A DNA stretch of 26,981 bases, taken from positions 1 through 26,981 of IMG/VR virus record IMGVR_UViG_3300037755_000804; one strand, given 5' to 3'. A program made the translations under genes and the position numbers. The notes under the pieces are model-generated. The model did not search any database. It saw only the letters and a program-made list of their open reading frames with translations, and was not told the origin of the DNA. Source of the stretch: a virus (taxonomy: Duplodnaviria > Caudoviricetes). This document shows, piece by piece, positions 18,672 to 26,633 of this stretch. How positions within the stretch are numbered: the first letter of the stretch is position 1; each line of letters begins with the position of its first letter.

Positions 18672-19780
18672 TAGACCGTCTCGCTAGTTTCTTCCGGCTT
18701 TTCTTCTGGTTGCTTTCCAGCAAGCATTTCCTCTGGAAGCTCAGTTCCAAGAAGCGTCTCAAGACTTGCGACATCTCCAGCTTCAACGCTTCTCTTAACA
18801 GAGCCAAGAATTGTTCGCATATTTACAACCGATTCTTGGAGAGATTCATCAAGTGTTTCCAAAATCAAAATTGCATCGCGCGGGTCAGATCCCGCAATTG
18901 GAGCAACAAGATACTCTTCTATAAAGGAACCTGTATCACCAAGATTTTCTGTTAGCCAAGATGACTCTTCTGGAGATGCTTTGATGGTGGCTACCATTTT
19001 ACGAATTCTGGCAGAAAGACTTCTGACTGCCTTCACATATCTTGCCATCATGCCGCCCGCAGCTTGTGCGGTAGCTTGTCCCTGGCCAGTTCCAAGATCA
19101 ACATTATAATTGGTTAAATCTTCATTAAGACTTTTGACATATGCAATGTCTTCAATTAGGCTAGTTATCATTGGTGAAAGCTTTGGAAGGTTGTCTTTAA
19201 GCTCATCCAGCTCTTCCATAGCCCGATCTGAGTTAAGTACAACTCCTTTATCAATCTCTCCGCCAAAGTTGTTTATTAGGCCTGTTGCTGCAAGCAGTGA
19301 TACTACACCAATAGCTATACCTACTAATGGTAGGCCAGCTGACTTAGTAAGTCTCTCAGTGCAATTATCTGCAAAGGCCATAAGCTCATGCTCATCATCT
19401 CTATCTAGAACGAATGCGGCTTTGATAACTTCGTTAACCAGCTCTTGGTGAGCCTTGACATAACGCTCTTGAATATGTTTGCCATGGTTTGGTTTGGTAG
19501 CAATGTAGTGCATTACATCTTGGCGCTCTAATAGGTTCTCAACCAAACCATTTACACGATCATAGGCCGGAGCAACAACAACAGGCTCTGGATGTGCCTG
19601 CTCAACAATGTGCTTCTCGTCACCGTTTGGCTTAACGCCATATAACATTGCGATAGCGTCAAGGTCTAAGGAGTCATAACGAGGATTCGTCTCCTCTTCA
19701 GCCTTCTTTTCTAGACTCGCCTCTTTGACGATGCCCTGTGCAACTGCTATCTTTGCGTATTCCTCAAAAATGTCACTCAT
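18671..19780 (-). CDS. Putative internal head/ejection protein with leader domain and hydrophobic helix
   Basis: 369 aa. AHPE leader shared with the 852 aa protein; GLPLVGIAIGVVSLLAATGLI follows LTKSA; remainder is helical. Confidence 0.55.
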   Translation of the reverse strand: MSDIFEEYAKIAVAQGIVKEASLEKKAEEETNPRYDSLDLDAIAMLYGVKPNGDEKHIVEQAHPEPVVVAPAYDRVNGLVENLLERQDVMHYIATKPNHGKHIQERYVKAHQELVNEVIKAAFVLDRDDEHELMAFADNCTERLTKSAGLPLVGIAIGVVSLLAATGLINNFGGEIDKGVVLNSDRAMEELDELKDNLPKLSPMITSLIEDIAYVKSLNEDLTNYNVDLGTGQGQATAQAAGGMMARYVKAVRSLSARIRKMVATIKASPEESSWLTENLGDTGSFIEEYLVAPIAGSDPRDAILILETLDESLQESVVNMRTILGSVKRSVEAGDVASLETLLGTELPEEMLAGKQPEEKPEETSETV

Positions 19781-20820
19781 ATTAAACCTTTAGCTGCTTG
19801 GTGTGCAAACATATCAACAACTTGCTTGCGGCTTGTAATTCCGGACGGCATCAATATAGAGTCGGGGTTGGACGTGCTTTGGTTCGGCCGCAGAATTGCT
19901 ACAGCTCTCTGAAAGGCCGGCAATCTACTTACTATGCTGTCATATCCAGATAATTGTGGATAAATCTCTTCGGTCCAAGCCAGCAAAGTATCCGGAACAT
20001 TTCGGTTTAGTAGCGGAACAATCCACATGTTATCTACGTCGTTTTTGAACTCTTTTTCGCCAGCCCCGCTTGGACGTAGCCTGCTTGGTTGTTGTTCTGG
20101 CTTTGCAGAGGGTGTTGGAGCTATGTACCCCGAACCAGCTCCTTCTTCAACTTTTGGTTCTGTAGTTGGCACATCTGTTTCTGTTTTCTTATCGCCAATT
20201 AAGCCCTTGATTAGGCCGGTTGCAACTCCGGTAGCAGTAAGCAATCCAGCGCCAAGTAACGCAGTCTTTAGCGCCCAAATGATAATGCCTTTGGCAAGCC
20301 ATGATGCTTTGGTTTTCATTCCTCTGGAAAATAGATTTCCAAACACTCTAGCAATAACACCGGCTCCCTTACGTGGTATAAATGGTACATCAACACGCTG
20401 AGCAATCTTAGTAAGATCAGCGTCGTACTTTGCAGACTTTGTAATGGAATCAAAATCTGCCTCTGACAAAGATCCACCGCTGCTTAGCGCTCCCTTTACG
20501 GCGTTAAACACGCTAGAAATGATGCCGCCAACATCAATGCCCATTGCATTAGCAACCGCATAAGCAATACCAAGTACCGGGTGAATCTTGAATAACGCGC
20601 CAGTAAGCAAAACACCACCAAGTGCATCTATATAGCCGCCAGTAGTATTCTCTTTTACAACGTGCGTTTGAATCAAACCCTTAATGGAAGACGCAATACC
20701 ATCAAAACCAAGCTCATCCCAAAGACCAGCTTCTTTGATGATATAGAAATCATTAGATGAGGCTAACGTAACTAGAATAGCCTCATCATAGATTTCCTGC
20801 AGTTTTCCATATCGATTCAT
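19777..20820 (-). CDS. Putative internal/ejection protein with several hydrophobic segments
   Basis: Probable start is ATG 20820 (MNRYGK, TAATG overlap with the upstream stop), giving 347 aa. Hydrophobic stretches ALGGVLLTGALF, VLGIAYAVANAMGI and IIIWALKTALLGAGLLTATG. Confidence 0.55.
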   Translation of the reverse strand: MNRYGKLQEIYDEAILVTLASSNDFYIIKEAGLWDELGFDGIASSIKGLIQTHVVKENTTGGYIDALGGVLLTGALFKIHPVLGIAYAVANAMGIDVGGIISSVFNAVKGALSSGGSLSEADFDSITKSAKYDADLTKIAQRVDVPFIPRKGAGVIARVFGNLFSRGMKTKASWLAKGIIIWALKTALLGAGLLTATGVATGLIKGLIGDKKTETDVPTTEPKVEEGAGSGYIAPTPSAKPEQQPSRLRPSGAGEKEFKNDVDNMWIVPLLNRNVPDTLLAWTEEIYPQLSGYDSIVSRLPAFQRAVAILRPNQSTSNPDSILMPSGITSRKQVVDMFAHQAAKGLI

Positions 20821-23378
20821 TAGTATCGTCGTCTTGTTCGGCCGCCTCTCTGGAGCTGGTCCATTTTGGCATTCAACGTTCGAATCCATGCCTGTGCATC
20901 TTTATTTGAACGCGGTACGAGTTTTTGTCTAACTTGTGGATTTTCTATTGAGTCAGTATATTTTGCACGGACGTCGGATATTTTTGCTTTAAGCCTTCGT
21001 AAGAAATCATAAAAGGCCATCTTAGTAGCTTCATCATATAGCTGATTGGCTATACCAGGATTTTTTGCAATCAGCTGTGCGTTTTCTTGCAGCCGTTGGC
21101 CAACAGCATTTCTTATGTGTTGCGGCCAGCTGTTTGCACTGGTAAACATTGATCCCGCAATAGATTGTGCATCAGCGGTCTCCCAATTATAAAAGTCTAA
21201 TACATCAGTTTCTGGCATATCTGTTCCCCACCAGTAACTATTACCAAGATCAAGATAACGAGTTATTGGTGGAAAATCTTTTGCCGGGAACCCTGCACCA
21301 ATACTGCCGGGACTATTCATATCAATAAATTGAACCTGCACCGGAGATGCAAGCTGTCCTGCCTCATTGACTGCTATCATGCCAAATGGTCCGGCTCCGC
21401 CTTGACCCGGTTGTCCCATACCTCCAACACCACTGCTTCTAGGGGCGCCAGTAGTTTTTAGATCACTAACGCGCATAGTTTCTGGTTGCTTACCATCCGG
21501 ACCTTGCTTCAATGCTCCGGCCGCTACGGCTGCACGATAGTATGAGGTACCAACATGATTCATTGCTTTAACGAAGTACAACTTGGCTCGCTTTTCTTCA
21601 CGATCCTTTGCATTTTGTACCTGTACTAAGGCATTGTTCTTTACGTCTGTAATTACCTTGGTAAAAGCCTGTAGATTTACAGCTGCCTCGCCGTTGTAAT
21701 CTTCATAGGGCAATTCTCCATTTTCAACAGCCCAATTATAGAAGTGCCATGCTGACAGTATGTCAGACTTAGCAACGGGAATTTTTTCGCCACTTTCCTT
21801 AATGTATTCTCCAATGACACTGGAGGCCTGTCCAAGTTGGCCTTTTCCGCTTTCAATATGAGCACGTAGTTTTTGTAAATTAGCCAAGGTAGCTGCGCTG
21901 CGCTGTTGTTCTATTACAGGCAAATCTTTAGCGCCGGTTTCTTGCCTTACCTTTTCAGCGTAGCTTAGAGCCTCTGCAACTTGAGATCCGTAACCTGGCG
22001 CCCCGGTATCACGCATTTGAGATGTGTAATCGGCTTTTCCACCGCGCTTCTCATATGCATCTGCTAAAACTTTTAGTTCTTGCTGAATCTTGATGCCAAG
22101 ATAATCGGCCTGCTGGGATGGTTTCTTATCATCTGTTTTTTTATCGCTTTTTGGAGGTTCCCATTGCGAAAGTTTTTTCAATACATCATGCCTGCTTGAT
22201 TTCTTTTTAATTATATCTAACCATTGCTGCATTTTTTGCGCATCTCTATTTAACACGCCTTGTATAGCATATATGCTTTTTCCTTCGAAATCAATTTTTG
22301 GCATAAGTTTTTGTAAAACAGCACTTAGCCTAATAAGTCCCTTTGATTGCTCAACAGCATTTATAAGGTTTGTTAGATATTTCTCTGCACCTTCTGCAAC
22401 GCTTCTATTGTCTTCATCTGTATCGGGATCTGTAATCAAGATCCGCATTTGTCTTAGTATTTTTTTCAGGCCATCTGCAGATACACCGTGCGTTCTAGCC
22501 GGCTTGCCAGATCCAGCGCCTTCTTCCTTTTTCTTAGCCTTTTCCTTAATTGCAGTTGTTAGGCTAAGCAAAGGTATTTTGCCGCCGAACATAGCGCTTA
22601 ATAGAGCTTTGAAATCAATAACATCATTTTCTACTAAATCGCCCCAAGGCCCCTTCTGAGTATAGTACTTAAGCGCCTGTAATTTGATTAAATCAAGAAG
22701 CTCGGCGGGGTCTACTCCAAAATCTTCCTTCTTCTTTAGTATGAAATCATGCACTGGAGCACGCGCCATTGTAGCAATATGCTCCGCCTCCCCGTTATCA
22801 GTAGCATACCACTCATCCAGATCGGGGCCCCACACAACATTATCTACCTCTTCAGTTTGAAGAATTTGATAAACGGTATCTTTAAGAACAGCCTTGACCT
22901 GATCAATATCAACATCTTCTGCAGTCTTTAGAATAGCACTCATCTGCGCAGCCATGCTTGCCAGCTTCCCGGTGGGCATTTTCCTTACTTTGTCGAGAAT
23001 CTTCTTTTGAGCGGAAGTGATCGTCTCAACTTTGCCATAGTCTTCTTTTGACGGAGCAACTTCGGCATCGCCTTCTGGATGTGCAGAATCAACAAGTTCT
23101 TCGTCACATAGCTTCTTGTATTGGTCTTTAGCCATCTTGTAGACATAAATTTTGTCTTCAAGGGCGCTTGCCTCGTGTTCGTATCCGCGCTCGCGCAAAC
23201 TATCAACCAAACTGATTAGGTCAGTATGAACATCGCTGGTTGCCTTTAGTGGCTTTGGTGCGGATGCGGTCTTTTCCATAGGTTCTGGTGTTATCAAGCC
23301 ACGCTTGATGGCAACCTTCTCAAGGATCTGCATTACTTCGCTATCTAGAAAGGTTCCGCCTGTCTTAGCAATACTCAT
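20820..23378 (-). CDS. Large putative internal head protein with leader domain
   Basis: 852 aa, AGGA RBS. Leader DSEVM..LEKVA..RGLI..MEKTASA and AHPEG..VAP..G.VE; mostly helical. Confidence 0.6.
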   Translation of the reverse strand: MSIAKTGGTFLDSEVMQILEKVAIKRGLITPEPMEKTASAPKPLKATSDVHTDLISLVDSLRERGYEHEASALEDKIYVYKMAKDQYKKLCDEELVDSAHPEGDAEVAPSKEDYGKVETITSAQKKILDKVRKMPTGKLASMAAQMSAILKTAEDVDIDQVKAVLKDTVYQILQTEEVDNVVWGPDLDEWYATDNGEAEHIATMARAPVHDFILKKKEDFGVDPAELLDLIKLQALKYYTQKGPWGDLVENDVIDFKALLSAMFGGKIPLLSLTTAIKEKAKKKEEGAGSGKPARTHGVSADGLKKILRQMRILITDPDTDEDNRSVAEGAEKYLTNLINAVEQSKGLIRLSAVLQKLMPKIDFEGKSIYAIQGVLNRDAQKMQQWLDIIKKKSSRHDVLKKLSQWEPPKSDKKTDDKKPSQQADYLGIKIQQELKVLADAYEKRGGKADYTSQMRDTGAPGYGSQVAEALSYAEKVRQETGAKDLPVIEQQRSAATLANLQKLRAHIESGKGQLGQASSVIGEYIKESGEKIPVAKSDILSAWHFYNWAVENGELPYEDYNGEAAVNLQAFTKVITDVKNNALVQVQNAKDREEKRAKLYFVKAMNHVGTSYYRAAVAAGALKQGPDGKQPETMRVSDLKTTGAPRSSGVGGMGQPGQGGAGPFGMIAVNEAGQLASPVQVQFIDMNSPGSIGAGFPAKDFPPITRYLDLGNSYWWGTDMPETDVLDFYNWETADAQSIAGSMFTSANSWPQHIRNAVGQRLQENAQLIAKNPGIANQLYDEATKMAFYDFLRRLKAKISDVRAKYTDSIENPQVRQKLVPRSNKDAQAWIRTLNAKMDQLQRGGRTRRRY

Positions 23379-23386
23379 GTTTGTTC

Positions 23387-23683
23387 CTACTGATCAAGGT
23401 CAAGCATCATGACTGCTTGAGCAAATAATGGGTTACAGCTGCGGGCATAATCTGGATCAGAAGCGATCTTCTTCTGTAGTTGCTTAAAAGTAAACAGCAT
23501 TTTTGGATCGTTCTTTATTTTGCTTTCAAATTCCACAAAAGCTTCTATTACTGGTTGTTCTTCAACGGTTTTCTCAGCAGCAAGCCGAGCTTCTGCCTTT
23601 TCCGCTGCTTCTTTGCGTAGTTCGCCCTGTAGGTAGTTTCTAAATACCTCAGAGTCCATTACTGCTGCCCAATCTGCATCCAT
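23387..23683 (-). CDS. Small helical protein with DSEVF/LRKEAA leader motif
   Basis: Probable start is ATG 23683 (MDADW) with a GAGGA RBS; 98 aa. Confidence 0.7.
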   Translation of the reverse strand: MDADWAAVMDSEVFRNYLQGELRKEAAEKAEARLAAEKTVEEQPVIEAFVEFESKIKNDPKMLFTFKQLQKKIASDPDYARSCNPLFAQAVMMLDLDQ

Positions 23684-23746
23684 AATTATCCTCAAAACTT
23701 AGGTAAGGGTCACTTAGATGTTAATTTATGCATTGAGGATTACTAG

Positions 23747-24124
23747 CTAAATCCAGCGAATTTCTAAGACTTTATCTCCCGTTACCAGTTTAGTTTCAAC
23801 GTATGCAATAGGTACTGAATTTGGTCTACATTTTTCGGAGGTAAGCACGCCCTGTTCACTAGAATACACCAAAGCACCCATGGCATACTCTAGCTCTGGC
23901 TCAAAATTATCTGTTCTAAGCAATGAGGCGCTATTGTACAATATCGGAATCATGCCAAATTGATTTGGTAAATCAATGACAATACCAAATGGTTGAATGC
24001 TATTACTCAATGAGCAATAAACATCATTGGGCGTTCTAACGAGCTTCACTATCTGGCCGGGCGTAAAATCCCGATATGCTCGAATCATTATCGGGTTCCC
24101 AACGTGTGCAATTATCTCTAACAT
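23747..24124 (-). CDS. Decoration-protein paralog (short)
   Basis: FTPGQIVKL...QPFGIVID...TDNFE..YAMGALVYSSEQGVLT aligns with the 235 aa protein (FEAGHIAQL...APIGIIDD...TDSFE..YPLNQPLFVSESGLLT). Confidence 0.6.
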   Translation of the reverse strand: MLEIIAHVGNPIMIRAYRDFTPGQIVKLVRTPNDVYCSLSNSIQPFGIVIDLPNQFGMIPILYNSASLLRTDNFEPELEYAMGALVYSSEQGVLTSEKCRPNSVPIAYVETKLVTGDKVLEIRWI

Positions 24125-24428
24125 TGATTCGCATAAGATCTTTTAACCTCCTAATAACTGTTGTACTAACATTCCAGTCTTTTGCAACTTTTCTTAATGA
24201 ACGAGAATCAAGCACTATTTGCTTAATTTGTTCAGATGAAAAGCTCTTCTTATTTGGAGGTTCCTTTCCCTGGTTTATTTTTCGTAGGTGCTTAATTGTT
24301 TCTTCTGAGTGTTTTTTGCCGAAAAACGGATTATCGGACCCAACACACTTGCCCTTTCGTCCTTCAGATATCTTTTGCTTGGTTTCCTCTGACCATTTCT
24401 TTCCAAGATGTGGTTTTGGGCGAACCAA
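24036..24428 (-). CDS. NUMOD3-repeat/HTH DNA-binding protein; likely homing-endonuclease remnant without a nuclease domain
   Basis: HLGKKWSEETKQKISEGRKG and NPFFGKKHSEETIKHLR (NUMOD3), then SLRKVAKDWNVSTTVIRR (HTH). No GIY-YIG or HNH motif. TTG start and an 89-nt overlap with the next gene. Confidence 0.7.
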   Translation of the reverse strand: MVRPKPHLGKKWSEETKQKISEGRKGKCVGSDNPFFGKKHSEETIKHLRKINQGKEPPNKKSFSSEQIKQIVLDSRSLRKVAKDWNVSTTVIRRLKDLMRINVRDNCTRWEPDNDSSISGFYARPDSEAR

Positions 24429-24477
24429 GTTTTGCTTTTCAGCAATTTTCGTAATAATTTCATATACTTAGGTCGAT

Positions 24478-25185
24478 CTATAGCCAGAGCGCCTCCAAAT
24501 GGCCATGAATATTCGTTGGAGGGCCAGTAACGATAGCTACAGAAGGATAGTCAGGCTGTATTTGGCGAGTTGTGAGCAGGCCCGATTCTGACACAAATAA
24601 TGGTTGATTTAATGGATATCGTTTATTTGTTTCAAATGAGTCAGTAGTAAAAATCATGCGCTGAAACCAAACGGTTACTCTTCCGCTTGCCATCGTAGAA
24701 TCATCACCAGGAACGTTTGGAACCTGGTAAGTGTAACTTACAACGGTTCTAATTGAATCAGGAATACCATCACCATCTGAATCAAAGTTAAGCTCAGTAC
24801 CGGCTAAGAACTTAATTACGCCGTTACGCTCAATTAACTCAACACTAACAGGATTTGATATAAATGAACTACCAACAATATTTGGATTATTAAGCTCTGC
24901 TTTTATATCTATTGATGTTACTAATTTACCGCCTGGACCAACAGTAGCAACAGGGGCTGCCCAGGCTATTACGGTTTCATCTATAGAGGTAGCTGAGAAT
25001 GCATTCTTTTTGATATCGTCAATAATACCAATAGGTGCTGTACCATTACTTACGCCACACACTACTTGGTTTCCCAACAGATTTAACTGTGCGATGTGAC
25101 CTGCCTCAAACTCCGCGCTAGGATCTACCGGATATGAAAATGGTATTGCATTCCCCGTTTGTACGATGCGAAAAATAACGGCCAC
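24478..25185 (-). CDS. Decoration-protein paralog
   Basis: 235 aa. ASGRVTVW and PLFVSESGLLT match GSGKVTLW and ALYATTAGLLT of the 221 aa gene next to the capsid gene. Confidence 0.6.
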   Translation of the reverse strand: MAVIFRIVQTGNAIPFSYPVDPSAEFEAGHIAQLNLLGNQVVCGVSNGTAPIGIIDDIKKNAFSATSIDETVIAWAAPVATVGPGGKLVTSIDIKAELNNPNIVGSSFISNPVSVELIERNGVIKFLAGTELNFDSDGDGIPDSIRTVVSYTYQVPNVPGDDSTMASGRVTVWFQRMIFTTDSFETNKRYPLNQPLFVSESGLLTTRQIQPDYPSVAIVTGPPTNIHGHLEALWL

Positions 25186-25235
25186 CTATAGCTATTTTCC
25201 TGTTTGATACAGGATACTGTGTTATATACTACGAT

Positions 25236-26069
25236 ATGCCTGCTATTACAAAAAAACAACAAGCGCTTGTTACTAATCTATATATCAATAAATGTACTAA
25301 TTTAGCAGAGATAGCTAGACGCACTAAGTTATCTCGTCCTACTGTAAGAAAAATTCTTCGACAGGAGGGCTTAAGAGATGTTAAAAAATCAGATATTGAC
25401 AACAGTGCGTATCTCAACAAAAATATGTTCGATGCCATCAATGATGAGGCAAGCGCTTATTTTTTGGGATTGCTATATGCAGACGGTAATGTGTATTTAA
25501 GAAAAACAAATGACATACCAACAATTTCATTGACATTGCAAGAGAGAGATAAGCACATTTTAGATACTTTCCGTAAACTAATTGCGCCCAAACATTCTTT
25601 GTACCTCAAAAGCGCAAAGATCGATACGCAACAAGATCAGTACAAGCTGGCGTTCTCAAGTCAAGTTATTGGCGATCAGTTACAGCAACTTGGTTGTATA
25701 CCGAGAAAGAGTCTTAAATTGACTTTTCCAACAAATATATCCCCCAATTTAATCAGACATTTTGTTCGTGGATATTTTGATGGAGATGGATGTATTTCAT
25801 TTTATCGACACAAAAATGGATATCGCGCCTATTTAGCATCATTTGCTTCGACAAAAACCTTTTGTAAAGAATTAGGACTATTATTTGATAACATTGGGCT
25901 TACGTACGGAATCTATACCAGAAAATCAAATGGAATTACATCAGAGCTTGTTGTTGGTGGAAATCAACAGGTGTTGACATTACTTGTGTGGATGTATAAT
26001 GATGCCAAATACTTCATAAAAAGGAAGCGGGATAAATATACCGAACTTCAGCAGCTGTACGATCATTAA
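25236..26069 (+). CDS. Free-standing HTH + LAGLIDADG homing endonuclease
   Basis: NLAEIARRTKLSRPTVRKIL (HTH), SAYFLGLLYADG and HFVRGYFDGDG. Antisense to its flanks and AT-rich. Confidence 0.88.
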   Translation: MPAITKKQQALVTNLYINKCTNLAEIARRTKLSRPTVRKILRQEGLRDVKKSDIDNSAYLNKNMFDAINDEASAYFLGLLYADGNVYLRKTNDIPTISLTLQERDKHILDTFRKLIAPKHSLYLKSAKIDTQQDQYKLAFSSQVIGDQLQQLGCIPRKSLKLTFPTNISPNLIRHFVRGYFDGDGCISFYRHKNGYRAYLASFASTKTFCKELGLLFDNIGLTYGIYTRKSNGITSELVVGGNQQVLTLLVWMYNDAKYFIKRKRDKYTELQQLYDH

Positions 26070-26074
26070 CAAAC

Positions 26075-26103
26075 AAAAAAGGCCCCAAATAAATTCGAGG
26101 CCC
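26075..26103 (-). terminator. Intrinsic terminator (minus strand)
   Basis: On the minus strand GGCCTCGAA-TTTA-TTTGGGGCC-TTTTTT (two G-U pairs), downstream of the 168 aa gene. Confidence 0.7.
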
Positions 26104-26126
26104 GTTGCACCGCTCATTACAATATT

Positions 26127-26633
26127 TTAGAATTTGTCATTCAAACGCCTAAGCATATCCTTTCGGTCTCCAGATTCCATATCGTCAAACATTTCCTCAA
26201 GACCTTCTTTCGCATCACTATCCATGGCGTCAGATTCATCCGACTTAAGTAGCGTTCGCAGTCTCTTTAATTCAGACTGACTTAGCTGAGGTTGTTTTCC
26301 TTCAGAGCAAGCAGCGCAGTCTTCAGCAGCACAATTATCTGGGTCGTGATCGTCTGCGTTAAATACCCATCCCTTTGTTTCCAAATTGGCAAGCATTTTC
26401 TCTGGCGTTAGACCTTGCATAGCCGGGTCCTCACAGACATCCCTAATTACCGCAACCATCTGGGCTTCCTTGCGCAAGCCGGCTTGCTTTAAACAAGCCG
26501 CCGCATAAGCAAGGTGCTCAGAAACCTTGGTCATGCGGGAGTCCTTTAGGTTGCCCTCAAAGGACGCAGTTTTCTTCATGTTCTGCTCAAGGGCAGTGAA
26601 GAATTCATCATCTGTTTGCTTATCAAAAAACAT
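26127..26633 (-). CDS. Hypothetical protein with KKTAS and LKQAGLRKEA motifs
   Basis: 168 aa, TAATG-coupled to the upstream gene, with an acidic C-terminus and an H/C cluster (DDHD..NC...CAAC). Confidence 0.7.
   Translation of the reverse strand: MFFDKQTDDEFFTALEQNMKKTASFEGNLKDSRMTKVSEHLAYAAACLKQAGLRKEAQMVAVIRDVCEDPAMQGLTPEKMLANLETKGWVFNADDHDPDNCAAEDCAACSEGKQPQLSQSELKRLRTLLKSDESDAMDSDAKEGLEEMFDDMESGDRKDMLRRLNDKF

Noticed and set aside
20821-20889. Extended N-terminus of the 370 aa ORF (similarly the track starts at 2046, 17006 and 23695)
   Set aside because: Downstream ATGs with an RBS or TAATG coupling (20820, 2004, 16994, 23683) are better supported.
545-22931. Plus-strand and alternate-frame ORFs in the track (for example 545-874, 4376-4717, 4756-5238, 8978-9415, 13162-13536, 16212-16859, 19110-19451, 22273-22659)
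   Set aside because: They are shadows of longer, motif-bearing minus-strand genes and have no RBS or recognisable motifs.
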